Assembly (NCBI GenBank): GCA_963729625.1
Contig: CAVSOU010000011.1
Span: 608,001-672,000 of the forward strand
DNA: 64,000 nt
Direction of reading: 5' to 3'
Source: an uncultured bacterium
Lineage (GTDB): Bacteria > Chloroflexota > UBA5177 > JANWHV01
Shown: positions 27,495 through 37,302 of the stretch, piece by piece
Numbering within the stretch: position 1 is the stretch's first letter
Layout: the number at the start of each line of letters is the position of its first letter
The notes under the pieces: generated by a model
What the model saw: the letters and a program-made list of their open reading frames with translations, nothing else
Told to the model about the DNA's origin: nothing
The model's database searches: none
Translations under genes and position numbers: made by a program

Positions 27495-28709
27495 TCACGG
27501 CGTGCCGGACCTGCGCGGGTTCCTGAGCGTGAGCGACCACGACTCGTTCACGGTAATGGTACCTGCCTCGTCTTCGTACTTCTTCTCCGGCGGCTTGCCC
27601 TCTAATTTGTATGGATTCTTGGGATCAACTTCCCCGCTAAGCTCGGCACCGGCGATTTGGCTCAGGCCGGATGTGAAAGCCGGCGGGTGCTGCTCCACCT
27701 TGCCGCAGGGCTTCTTGGAGAAATTGGATGCACGGGACGTGGCTATCTGCTGCGTCGGCACATCATGTCCGTTCAGATGTATGACGTATTTGCCGGTCGA
27801 CCGATTCACAGCGACGCCGATCGTGTCACGCCACGTGTCCTGCTGCGATATCTTCAGCGTTCCTTCATTGGTGTAGGCAATGTTCTGCAGCGCGCCTTTG
27901 CAGGAGTCGAGCAAGAACAGCGTGCCTATGCTGTGGAACTCTGTCCTGGCTTGGTATTCGTACGCAGCCCTCGGCTCGCTGAGGTCGCCAGGATTGCTCA
28001 TGAGGCTTTTTGGCGGCGACAAGGATACTGACTCGTAGGTATACTTTGTGACCGTCATGGTGCCGGAGTCCGCGCTCTTCCCGGCTTTGCTCGAGCCGCC
28101 GGACTCATGCGTGATAATGCTCACCATGCCGGTCCAGTATGACCGGCATAGGCCTATCGACAGCTTGTCGACGGCTCCTTTGGCTAAGTCGAAGAGCGTA
28201 AAGGGATCGTTGCCCGCTGCGGACTCCATGTCCGCGTCCACCGTCGTGCCAGAAGCGGCGTCCTCGACCAACACGGTGACAGACAGCGTGTTACCGATCA
28301 GCTCGTACCGGCCCAATACGATGGTGCTTGACCCCAACGCCCCGGCGACGCCGTGCATCAGCTCTTCCTGCTGCTCCGGCGTGGTCGCACCGAGCAGGTC
28401 ACGCTGTTTGTTGAAGCCAATGATCGCGGCAAGGGCTTGCGAGTCGCTGATATCCGCGCAGGGGTACTTCTGCAGCATCGCGCTTGTCACCATGTCCTGG
28501 ATTTTGTTCGCCAGACTCTGTGCGCCACCAGGCCAGGCGTCGGGCGGGCTCATGACGCCCGTGAACGGTGCGATATAGACCTGCTCCGCAGGCGCGGCGC
28601 CGGCCTGGACTGCCGCCTGGCTCGCCAGTGCGTTGCCGGGGCACAGGACAAACACCGTGACCAGACAGGCAGTCAGGCGCAGCGATGCACGATACCACAG
28701 TTGGCACAT
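27495..28709 (-). CDS. Secreted hypothetical protein with a TolB-N/CsgG-like N-terminal domain
   Basis: AAGGGAG RBS, signal peptide; VYIAPF...LANKIQDMV...ALGSSTIVLGRYELIGNTLSVTVLVEDAASG. Confidence 0.55.
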   Translation of the reverse strand: MCQLWYRASLRLTACLVTVFVLCPGNALASQAAVQAGAAPAEQVYIAPFTGVMSPPDAWPGGAQSLANKIQDMVTSAMLQKYPCADISDSQALAAIIGFNKQRDLLGATTPEQQEELMHGVAGALGSSTIVLGRYELIGNTLSVTVLVEDAASGTTVDADMESAAGNDPFTLFDLAKGAVDKLSIGLCRSYWTGMVSIITHESGGSSKAGKSADSGTMTVTKYTYESVSLSPPKSLMSNPGDLSEPRAAYEYQARTEFHSIGTLFLLDSCKGALQNIAYTNEGTLKISQQDTWRDTIGVAVNRSTGKYVIHLNGHDVPTQQIATSRASNFSKKPCGKVEQHPPAFTSGLSQIAGAELSGEVDPKNPYKLEGKPPEKKYEDEAGTITVNESWSLTLRNPRRSGTP

Positions 28710-28757
28710 CGACTGTACTCCCTTGTACTCTCTCACGCACGGCACGCGGCGTGTGGT

Positions 28758-30013
28758 CAGGGTTATATAGTTCTCCGGAGGGTGAGGCCCAGCAGGGCCA
28801 GGGTGTGGCGAGGATGTGCTGCGGTACGGCGGCAAGCACTCGCGATGTTCGTCTCGCCGGCTAAGCGGTGCAGAGCGATGGCGGCGTTGCGCAGGGCGGC
28901 CATCACCTGGGGCGTGTTCCCGACACGCACCTGAGAGTGGTCCTCGTCGAAGGTGACATCGCGCACATGGTGCGATCGGTTTTCAATCGCCCAGTGCCGG
29001 CGGACGTAGGCGAGGAGGCGGCGGGCATCGGCCTGGCTGGGGAGCAGGCTGGTAATGCCGTAGAGCGTCTCCATCTGCACGACTCCCGTCTTGAGGATGG
29101 TCCGCTGGCGCACGAGCTGGAAGACCTGCCGGTGACCGGGCCAGGCCAGGAAGCCGACGAGCGCGCTGCTCAGGGTGAGGGTGCGCCGCTCCAGCCGGCC
29201 GTGGCCACGATCCAGGCTGGAGGCACGGCTCAGGCTGTGTTGGGCCAGGAGGGCGGGGTCGGCGAAGGCGGTGGCGATGGCCTCGCGCAGGGCGGGCTGG
29301 TTGTCTTTCACGACCATGACGTAGTCGGCGCCGGCGGCCAACACGGCGCGGGCGATGGCCTGCTGCGTGAGCAGCGCATCCATGGTCACGACCTGCCCGC
29401 GCAGGGGCAGCTGGCGCAGCAGCGTGTGGATGGCGGTGGTCTCGTTGGTCTTGGCGGGGACGGCGACCTGGCCCAGCGTCAGGCCCAGGTGGTGGCTGAC
29501 CGCGCTCAGGAGGTGGGTGAGCGCGGCACCTTGTTGCCGACTGCCGCGTAAGGTCTTGCCATCGATCGCCAGCCCGATGCGGGCCCTGGTCCTGGCTGTG
29601 GAGTGCTGCGCCAGCACCAGCGCCGCCCAGCGGCCCAGACACCCCTCCAGCACCGTCCGGTCCAACCGCCGAAAGAGCAGGGAGAAGGTCGCGGCACAGG
29701 GCATGCGCTCGCCGGAGAAGCCCAGCGCCTGACGCACCACCGCCCCTTGGAGGCGCCCCCACTCGGCGATGGCGCTGTAGCTGGAACAGCCGGCAAGTGT
29801 CGCCGCCACCGCCAAGGACAGCAGGGCGACCAGGGAATAGCGCCGTCCACTCCTGGACCGTGGATCGGGCAGGGCCGCGATAGACTGGACGAACGGGAGA
29901 CCGGGGGCCATTGACGTTCTCCTCACTGCTGGACGTAGGAATCTCAGTGAGTGAGAGGATGGCTTCCTGTCTCCCGCGTTTTTACCTCAACTGTGGAGAA
30001 CTAAATGCCCCTG
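28758..30013 (-). mobile_element. ISAs1-family insertion sequence
   Basis: TIRs CAGGGTTATATAGTTCTCC (28758) and revcomp CAGGGGCATTTAGTTCTCC (ending 30013), 16/19 match; no flanking direct repeat seen. Confidence 0.92.
28763..29926 (-). CDS. ISAs1 family transposase
   Basis: LPDPRS, AIDGKTLRGS, KTNE, TMDALLTQ, VKDNQP, HGRLERR, RRHWAIEN, RDVTFDED. Confidence 0.96.
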   Translation of the reverse strand: MRRTSMAPGLPFVQSIAALPDPRSRSGRRYSLVALLSLAVAATLAGCSSYSAIAEWGRLQGAVVRQALGFSGERMPCAATFSLLFRRLDRTVLEGCLGRWAALVLAQHSTARTRARIGLAIDGKTLRGSRQQGAALTHLLSAVSHHLGLTLGQVAVPAKTNETTAIHTLLRQLPLRGQVVTMDALLTQQAIARAVLAAGADYVMVVKDNQPALREAIATAFADPALLAQHSLSRASSLDRGHGRLERRTLTLSSALVGFLAWPGHRQVFQLVRQRTILKTGVVQMETLYGITSLLPSQADARRLLAYVRRHWAIENRSHHVRDVTFDEDHSQVRVGNTPQVMAALRNAAIALHRLAGETNIASACRRTAAHPRHTLALLGLTLRRTI

Positions 30014-30144
30014 CGCAAGGCCAGGCAGGGATTGACATGCCAAAGCGCCCAGTGCATGCCGGCACCTTTCAGGCGGGCTTCCACGAGCAGCTTGTTCGCA
30101 CTCTCCACCGCCCCGCTGCCAATCGTGTAGCCCGCCGCCCGAAA
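30014..30144 (-). pseudogene. Fragment of an ISKra4/ISLre2-like transposase
   Basis: FRAAGYTIGSGAVESANKLLVEARLKGAGMHW...VNPCLALR, cut by the ISAs1 end. Confidence 0.8.
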
Positions 30145-30278
30145 TGGCACTGCAGATGTACAGTGTTCGTGAAGACACTGCGCGCGATCATCTTGGCACG
30201 TTGGAGGCTGCAACCGACATCGGCTACCGCGCCGTAGAGTTTGCCGGCTTCGCCGACCTGCCCGTCAGGCAACTGCGT
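30144..30278 (+). pseudogene. N-terminal fragment of a sugar phosphate isomerase/epimerase (TIM barrel)
   Basis: ALQMYSVRE...DHLGTLEA..DIGYRAVEFAG; similarity ends after about 45 codons. Confidence 0.75.
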
Positions 30279-30463
30279 GGGACGAGGAGACCGAGTGGCG
30301 AACTGGGCAGTCCCGATTCCAACGCACGTATGGCTGCGGCCCAGTCTGGCCGGGCAGGCTTTGGAGGCTACGATCTAGCGCGAGGTGTCGCTCATGCTGC
30401 ACGGCTCTGGTGCCGGGTAGAACACGACGATCGATGCACTACGCACAGTGGAAGGAGTTAGCC

Positions 30464-31576
30464 ATGGTCCAACGAGCGGCGAGCGAGGTAGCGGCTCCGG
30501 CGATCCCGCGCACCATGCGTGCAGTGGTAGCGCACGCTCCTGGAGACTACCGGCTTGAAGAGGTTCCCGTACCCGCGCCGGGTTTCCAGGAGGTGTTGGT
30601 CAAGGTCGAAGCCTGTGGGATCTGTGCCGGGGACATCAAGGCGTTGCACGGCGCGCCTTCCTTCTGGGGACTTGAGGGGCAGCCGCCCTACATCAAGGCG
30701 CCCATGATTCCCGGTCACGAGTTTGTTGGCCGTGTTGTCCTCGCCGGGCCCGGCGGTGCCGAGAAGCAGCATGTCGCTCTCGGGGACCGCGTGATCTCCG
30801 AACAGATTGTCCCCTGCTGGGCATGCCGCTTCTGCCTGAGCGGGCGCTATTGGATGTGTGAGAAGCACGACGTCTACGGCTTCCAGAAGAACGTCAACGG
30901 CGGTATGGCCGAGTACATGCTGTTCCCTCAAGAGTCGCTCACGCACCGTGTGCCGGACGACATCCCCATCGAAGAAGCCGTACTGATCGAGCCGTTGTCG
31001 TGTTCGCTGCACGCGGTGCAGCGAGCGCATATCGAACTCGGCGACGTCGTGGTGGTTGCCGGCGCAGGCACGCTCGGTCTTGGCATTATCGGTGCGGTGC
31101 GCCTCAAGAATCCCGGCACACTGATCGCTCTCGACGTGCGGCCCATGCGCCTCGAGCTGGCGCGCCGCCTCGGCGCGGACCTCGTTCTGAATCCGCTGGA
31201 GGATGACGTACTGGGCGTCGTCAAGCGGCTCACCGGCGGCTATGGCTGCGACACGTTTATTGAGGCGACTGGAGCGGCGCCTGCGGTCGCCCAGGGTCTT
31301 CACATGCTGCGCAAGCTCGGGACGTTCGTTGAGTTCAGCGTGTTCAACGAGGATGTCAAGGTCGACTGGTCAATCATCAGCGACCGCAAGGAGCTGAACA
31401 TCCTGGGAGCGCATCTGGGCCCGTACTGCTACCCACTGGCGATCGACTTGATCGGCAAACGGCGCATCGATCTGCGCGGTGTGGTTACGCACACCTTCCC
31501 CTTGGCGGACTTCGCGAAGGGATTCGAACTCATGGAGGCAGGGAAGGACTCCTTGAAAGTCGCGTTGGTTCCCTGA
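30464..31576 (+). CDS. eltD: Zn-dependent polyol dehydrogenase, erythritol/L-threitol dehydrogenase-like
   Basis: CGICAGDIK, PSFWG, PMIPGHEF, structural Zn Cys cluster, YGFQKNVNGGMAEYM, DWSIISDRKEL, HLGPYCYP; adjacent to RpiB and DhaKL genes. Confidence 0.8.
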   Translation: MVQRAASEVAAPAIPRTMRAVVAHAPGDYRLEEVPVPAPGFQEVLVKVEACGICAGDIKALHGAPSFWGLEGQPPYIKAPMIPGHEFVGRVVLAGPGGAEKQHVALGDRVISEQIVPCWACRFCLSGRYWMCEKHDVYGFQKNVNGGMAEYMLFPQESLTHRVPDDIPIEEAVLIEPLSCSLHAVQRAHIELGDVVVVAGAGTLGLGIIGAVRLKNPGTLIALDVRPMRLELARRLGADLVLNPLEDDVLGVVKRLTGGYGCDTFIEATGAAPAVAQGLHMLRKLGTFVEFSVFNEDVKVDWSIISDRKELNILGAHLGPYCYPLAIDLIGKRRIDLRGVVTHTFPLADFAKGFELMEAGKDSLKVALVP

Positions 31577-31788
31577 ACTTCGCAGGCGCCAGTTCCAAAT
31601 GGGCGGACGCAGGTTCGACAACCTGAAGGCTGATCCGATCATGAGGTCCGCCGCCAATTCCTTGCCGGTGGTGCCAGACACCTCGTAGGCGCAGTTGGCA
31701 GCGGGAGCCGTCCACACGGCGTCGCGATCCCACCAAGGGTTCCGAGACAATCGACGTTGAGTTCCACTACCCCTCTCCGAGCGGTTCC

Positions 31789-32520
31789 TCAGCGAGTGGC
31801 CAAGAAGCCGCCGTCGATGGGAAGCGTCACGCCGTGGATCATGCTCGCCGCGTCACTCAACAGGAAAGCAACCACGTTTGCCACTTCACGCGGCGTGGCA
31901 AAACGTCGGAGCGGTATCTTGCTCAGCATCGCCGCGCTCTTTGTCGGGTCGCTCCACGCTTTCCTGCCCAAAGGAGTCATGGTCACGGTAGGGTTGACTG
32001 CATTCACCCGAATCCCGTATGGGCCGAGTTCCAGGGCCATGATACGCGTGAGTTGATCGACTGCGCCTTTTGATGTGCAGTAGGCGGTGTGGTCGGCAAG
32101 ACCAACCTTGGATGCCTGAGAGGAAATGTTGACGATGGCGCCCCGGCGTCGCTCTACCATACCGGCTGCTACCTTCTGTGCCACGAGGAAGCTAGCGCGC
32201 ACGTTGACTGCCAGCGTCAAATCGAAGCTGGCGACGCTGGTGTCGAGGAATGACTCCAAGATCACAATGCCGGCACTGTTCACCAGCAGATCGACAGGTC
32301 CTGCTGCGACTACGGCACGGGACGCGGCATCCGGGTCGGCAAGGTCAACGACGATAGTCTCCCCGCCAATCGCCTCCTTGAGCGACATGAGATCGGCAGC
32401 AGACCGGTCGAGCGACACTACCGTCGCACCGCACTCGCCGAGAACCGTCGCTACCTCTCGTCCGATACCGCTGGCTGCGCCGGTAACGAGAGCACGCTGC
32501 CCGTCAAAACGGATCTCCAT
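31789..32520 (-). CDS. Short-chain dehydrogenase, L-xylulose/D-erythrulose reductase-like
   Basis: TGAASGIG, SSQAS, YCTSKGA, VNPTVTMTPLGRKAWSDP. Confidence 0.85.
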   Translation of the reverse strand: MEIRFDGQRALVTGAASGIGREVATVLGECGATVVSLDRSAADLMSLKEAIGGETIVVDLADPDAASRAVVAAGPVDLLVNSAGIVILESFLDTSVASFDLTLAVNVRASFLVAQKVAAGMVERRRGAIVNISSQASKVGLADHTAYCTSKGAVDQLTRIMALELGPYGIRVNAVNPTVTMTPLGRKAWSDPTKSAAMLSKIPLRRFATPREVANVVAFLLSDAASMIHGVTLPIDGGFLATR

Positions 32521-33053
32521 GCACCTACCTCCCCTTTCACAGATACAAGCGGTTGAAACCGCGCCCTGCGTTCGGCCAGGGTGGCGCCCCCCAAGGCTCG
32601 GTGACCGATACGGCCTGCTGTGCACATCGATGTTGCCGAGAACAGCGTGTCTCCGTCAATGCATGGGCGATCGCCGGACTGCTTCGAGGTGTTGGACAGG
32701 CGGGAGGGGCCAACATGGCACGGGAGGGTGCGTCCGCAGAGCACACGGGCACCCGGTGTGCGAACCCTTCCCTCACCACTGACAAGCTGGTAGCTGTACT
32801 GGCTACCGGATCCTGCCGTCGACGGCGAGGGATCACCGTTTGCGGCATAGGGGTACCGCCGCCGTCTCGGCTTGGATCAGCACGTCGACCGCGGCGCCAA
32901 GCAGCTGCTCCCGGAACCGCGTGGCGTCCGCCGCACAGCGCGGCGGCTGAGCGAGGGGAAGAGCAGACGCGATGCCATCCGGGTGTGAGGATAGCCGGTC
33001 GAACGCAGTGTCACGTTGCGACCATCCGCGCGGCTGTAGCCACGCTCACTGGC

Positions 33054-33536
33054 TCAGCGTGAAGCCGGTCCGGTGACGCTGGAGCGATAGTCCGCATCCA
33101 CGCGGTTGATCTTCTCGACCTTGCGCGCCGACGTGCCGCCTGCAAACTCGGATTCCAGCCAGGCGTCCACGATCGATTTCGCAAGTTCCAGCCCGATGAC
33201 ACGAGCTCCCAGGGCCAGGATCTGGGCGTCATTGCTCTTGCGCGCTCGTTGCGCTGAATAGACGTCGTGCGCTTGTGCCGCGCGCACACCAGGCACCTTG
33301 TTGGCCGTGATCGCCATGCCGATGCCCGTGCCGCACACCAGGATTGCCCGCTCCTCGCTTCTGCGGGCCACCGCTTCAGCAACGTCCCGCGCAATGTCGG
33401 GGTAGTCGACCGTCGCTGACGGAATAGCCGACGCCACGCCAAAGTCGTGGATGTCGATCCCCTTGGCCTCCAGGTAGCGCCGGATCTCTTCTTTCAAGGC
33501 GTAGCCAGCATCGTCGCTTCCCAGTGCTACTCGCAT
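33054..33536 (-). CDS. RpiB/LacAB family isomerase, probably D-erythrulose-4-phosphate isomerase (DerI-like)
   Basis: GSDDAG (instead of SDHAG), DYPD, CGTGIG, ANKVPGVRA, HDVYSA.RARKSNDAQ. Confidence 0.85.
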   Translation of the reverse strand: MRVALGSDDAGYALKEEIRRYLEAKGIDIHDFGVASAIPSATVDYPDIARDVAEAVARRSEERAILVCGTGIGMAITANKVPGVRAAQAHDVYSAQRARKSNDAQILALGARVIGLELAKSIVDAWLESEFAGGTSARKVEKINRVDADYRSSVTGPASR

Positions 33537-33604
33537 GATCTCCTCCTTAGCCAGCAGGACTTCGACTCCACGTGCCCGGTCACCGATGTGCTGGCACACC
33601 GCTC

Positions 33605-34240
33605 CTAGGTCGCCTCCTGACAGGCACGAACTGCGGCGGCGAGGATGATCGCCACCGACGTTGCCCCCGGGTCCTGGTGGCCGATGGTCCGCTCACCCAA
33701 CCGGCTCGCGCGCCCGACCCGTGCCACCATCGCGCGTGTTGCCTGCGCGCCGGCCTCGGCTGCCTCCGCCGCCGCTCGCGCTGCCGTCAAGGCGTCGCAG
33801 CCTTCGTCCACCGCCACCCCGGCAGCCCGGGCCGCCGGCTCGAGCGCGTCGAGCATCGTCTTGTCGCCTGGTTGTGCCTTGCCACGATGTGCCACCCCCT
33901 GCACAGCCGCATCCAGCATCCGGGCTACCAGATTCGGCGTGATCGTCGTCTGGCCTGCGCTCACCTTCCCCGCCTCGATGAATGCGGTGCCGAAGAGCGG
34001 GCCCATGGCGCCACCCACGGCGGTGAGCAGCGTCTTGCCAACCTCCTGCAGGATCACGCCGATGTCCCGCGAGACCACGCCTGTCAGGCGACTCTCAGCC
34101 GCCCCGAATGCTTTGGCCATCGAGATCCCGTGATCGCCATCGCCCAGCGCCGCGTCGAGCGCACACAGCTCATCCTTGCGCTCCTGCAGGTCGCAGCACA
34201 CGGCATGCAGGGCATGCACGAGAGCGTCCGCATCGTTCAT
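33605..34240 (-). CDS. dhaL: Dihydroxyacetone kinase family, ADP-binding subunit
   Basis: LDAALGDGDHG, GGAMGPLFG, GDKTMLDAL, GRASRLGERT.GH.DPGA. Confidence 0.92.
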   Translation of the reverse strand: MNDADALVHALHAVCCDLQERKDELCALDAALGDGDHGISMAKAFGAAESRLTGVVSRDIGVILQEVGKTLLTAVGGAMGPLFGTAFIEAGKVSAGQTTITPNLVARMLDAAVQGVAHRGKAQPGDKTMLDALEPAARAAGVAVDEGCDALTAARAAAEAAEAGAQATRAMVARVGRASRLGERTIGHQDPGATSVAIILAAAVRACQEAT

Positions 34241-34265
34241 CTTCTGTGCCCCCCGTCTGCAGTAG

Positions 34266-35294
34266 CTACCGCTGCACGAAGCAGGGCGTGGCGGCAGGCG
34301 CGTCCAATAGGCCCTTGAGCTCGTCGTCCAGCTTGAGCAGCGTGATCGAGAATCCGGCCATCTCCAGCGCCGTGAAGTACTCGCCGACAAAAGAGCGAGT
34401 GATGGCGATCGATCGGTCCCCCAGGTTGCGTGTGAGCCGCCGCTGGGCGATGTACAGCTCGAGCTGTGGCGTGGCGCCCAGCCCGTTGATCAGCGTCACC
34501 ACCTCATCGCCCGCCTGGAAAGGCAGGTCGGACACGACCTCCTGCACCAGGCGGTCGACGAGCGCATCGACCGGGACGAGCGGCTCGGTGCTCGTGCCCG
34601 GTTCCCCATGGTGCCCCACGCCCACCTCCATGGCGTCATCGGCCAGGGTGAAGGTCGGTCGCCCGGCTGCCGGCACGGTGCACGGCGCGATCGCCACACC
34701 CATGGTCCGCGTACTGGCGTTGACGCGCTCGGCGATCACTTTGGTCTGCGCCAAGGTCGCACCCCTCTCGGCCGCCGCGCCGCAGGCCTTCCAGATGAGG
34801 AACTGTCCCACCACGCCACGGCGCATCTCCGGCCTGTCGTGGAATCCCGCCCCCACGTCATCGGTGGCAATCGCCATCTCTACCTCGATGCCTTCCTCAC
34901 GTGCCATCTCCGCGGCCATCTCGAAGTTCATGACGTCTCCGGAGTAATTGCCGAGAAGCAGCAGAACCCCTTTGCCCCGGTTGACGGCACGGATCGCGCT
35001 CAGCACGCCCGCGGCGGGCGGTGAGGTGAAGATGTCGCCCACCACCACGGCATCCAACATCCCTTCCCCGACGTAGCCGATGAAGGCTGGTTTGTGGCCC
35101 GAGCCGCCGCCCGTGACGAGCGCCACCTTGTCCGCAGGCTTGGCGCGGACGAGCACGCGGGAATCCTGGAGCCGCTGCACTTGTCGCGCGTGGGCCTGCA
35201 CGAACCCCTCCAGCATCTCGTCCACCACATCGCCAGGGTTGTTGATGAACTTCTTCATCGCCCGCGGGCGGTCAGCATTGCTCGGCATTGTCAT
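34266..35294 (-). CDS. dhaK: Dihydroxyacetone kinase family, substrate-binding subunit
   Basis: MKKFINNP, GGGSGHKP, NYSGDVMNF, RRGVVG, GHHGEPG, NGLGATP. Confidence 0.92.
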   Translation of the reverse strand: MTMPSNADRPRAMKKFINNPGDVVDEMLEGFVQAHARQVQRLQDSRVLVRAKPADKVALVTGGGSGHKPAFIGYVGEGMLDAVVVGDIFTSPPAAGVLSAIRAVNRGKGVLLLLGNYSGDVMNFEMAAEMAREEGIEVEMAIATDDVGAGFHDRPEMRRGVVGQFLIWKACGAAAERGATLAQTKVIAERVNASTRTMGVAIAPCTVPAAGRPTFTLADDAMEVGVGHHGEPGTSTEPLVPVDALVDRLVQEVVSDLPFQAGDEVVTLINGLGATPQLELYIAQRRLTRNLGDRSIAITRSFVGEYFTALEMAGFSITLLKLDDELKGLLDAPAATPCFVQR

Positions 35295-36635
35295 CGCTAC
35301 TACTCCCCGTTCCAAAAGCACCTACAACCGAGGCCCGAGACCGTCAAGCGGCCACACCTCTAGCGCTCACCTCAGTATCTTGGGACACCAGGCCGGGCAG
35401 TCAAGCTAGTCGCTCCCGCTAGCTGACGCCCAGAGCTCCCGGGAACACGTCCGCATCCTGCAAGGGCGGCGAGCAGAATCGGCCCGCGACTGCCGGTAGT
35501 GCGCGAGCAAGGCGTCCTTGTCTTCGGCCAAATCTTTCCCCTCCGCTCCGCACCATCCAGATTATCCCGAGGCTGGGTGCACTGAGGCAGTGCTCGCCGG
35601 CGAAGCAGGTACCAGTGGTCGGCGCGGCACGTCACGAACACCAACGAGTGCGGCGCGAAACAACCGAGCGACTGCTACCTGAAGTCTGCTCATTGTACAG
35701 CCGCGAGCGCAGACGAGGCACGCAGCGAGCCGCACACGCGCGACCAAGCTTGCAATACCTGCGTCCGCGGCACAAGTCACTCGGCGGCTCTCGGAGGACT
35801 TCGAAGCAGAGTATGACGATCGTGTCGAAGGACCATGTCGGCGTCGACGTGCTGGATGCTCACGCAGCCAGACCAGTTCCTGCCGCGGTCATCAGCCGCC
35901 AATACGGCGCCCACAGGCGGAGAAGGCAAGGTCTGGGTCCACCACGTGCCTTGACCGGATATAACTAGCTGAGTAAGCGGCATGCGATGAGCTAGACTGT
36001 CCACGCGTTGGGAGCTGCGTCCGGGCCCTGGGCAGGGGAGAGGCACGTGACGTGTCGTGTTTCCTGACCAGGAGGAGTCCGACCTTAGCCGTGCCCGCTG
36101 CATCCTCGTGACGGGAGCCGGCAGCACCACGAGTAGCAACCGCCAGTGCGACGACATGTCGCATCTGCCATGAGCGTCCAGTCTGGCGTAGCGGCGACGT
36201 CGACGATGGCCAGGGCACGTGCAAGCGGTGCTATCACGTGTCGGTGTGGCCCGGCCGTCCCCTGGCCAAGCGAGCCAGGACGACCACGAGGGCATCGGCA
36301 ACAGCGCTCTGGGAATTGGGGATGCAACTGGAGATAGAGCGGCTGTCCTAGGAGGGCGACAGCGACGAAGCGACGCCATAGCTGCGCCAAGGTGAATGCC
36401 ACGGCGAGCGCCTGCGCGCTGAGGCCATATCCTCACACATCGTGTGCTACGCTCGAAGCCGGGTTGTCTGCCAGAAGCAGGGCATCCCATGACGGCGAAG
36501 CTCCGGCACCCGCAGCTCCAGCGCTTTCCCGTACCCAAGCAGATCCTGGCTCGGTGCGGCGTACCCATGTGCTATGCTGGTCCTGCCATTCATGTGGCCA
36601 CGTAAAATGTCTCGTGCACGCACCGAGTAGAGGCG

Positions 36636-37244
36636 ATGGAGACGGCGCAGCCGGAAGACACCGGTCAGCCACACACCTTCGCGAAGTTGCTGCGACACTA
36701 CCGTACCGCGGCCGGCTTCACTCAGGAGGAGCTGGCTGAGCGCGCCGGCCTGAGTCTGCGCGGCGTGCTCTACCTGGAACGCGGCGGCCGGCAGCCCTAT
36801 CGAGATACTATCCGTCGCCTGGCCGACGCGCTGGCGCTCAGCCAGGAGGGCCGTGCCGCCTTGCTGGCGGCGGGACGCCGGCACGGCAGCGGCGATGCGG
36901 CAAGTCCCGCCGCAGGAGCGCAGCTGCCGCGCGAGGATGAGTCGGAGGCGGTGCAGCCCGGGTGGGTCTACGTAGTCCATACCCAGGGAGATCGCGGGCC
37001 GGTCGAACGGCTCCAGGCCGACCTGCAGCGACGCGGCACCACCACCTGGGTGGACCAGGATGACCTGCCGGCCGGCACGCCGAGCTGGGAGCAAGCGCTG
37101 CGCGAGGCCGTCCGCGGCGCGCTGGCGGTGCCGCTCATCGCCTCCCCGCACACGCGCTCCTCACGCTATGTCGCCGATGAGCTGCGCATCGCCGAGCTGT
37201 ATGGGCGGCGCGTGTATCCGCTATTCGGCGCAGGGCGCTCCTGA
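36636..37244 (+). CDS. XRE-HTH fused to a TIR-like domain, apparently 3'-truncated
   Basis: FAKLLRHYRTAAGFTQEELAERAG; then VERLQADLQRRG..TWVD..DLPAGTPSWEQALREAVR...ASPHTRSSRYVADELRIA...RVYPL. Confidence 0.75.
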   Translation: METAQPEDTGQPHTFAKLLRHYRTAAGFTQEELAERAGLSLRGVLYLERGGRQPYRDTIRRLADALALSQEGRAALLAAGRRHGSGDAASPAAGAQLPREDESEAVQPGWVYVVHTQGDRGPVERLQADLQRRGTTTWVDQDDLPAGTPSWEQALREAVRGALAVPLIASPHTRSSRYVADELRIAELYGRRVYPLFGAGRS

Positions 37245-37302
37245 GCTACTGCGCAGCGAAGGCGGACGAATGTTTTGAGGCAAACGCGAGGGAGGACATT
37301 GC

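Noticed and set aside
32530-33050. 500-bp gap between the RpiB-family and SDR genes, with palindrome GCCGTCGACGGC
   Set aside because: No convincing ORF or riboswitch features; GC-rich palindromes are common.
35330-36630. 1.3-kb interval with several weak ORFs
   Set aside because: No recognisable motif, repeat or RNA structure; probably promoter plus decayed sequence.
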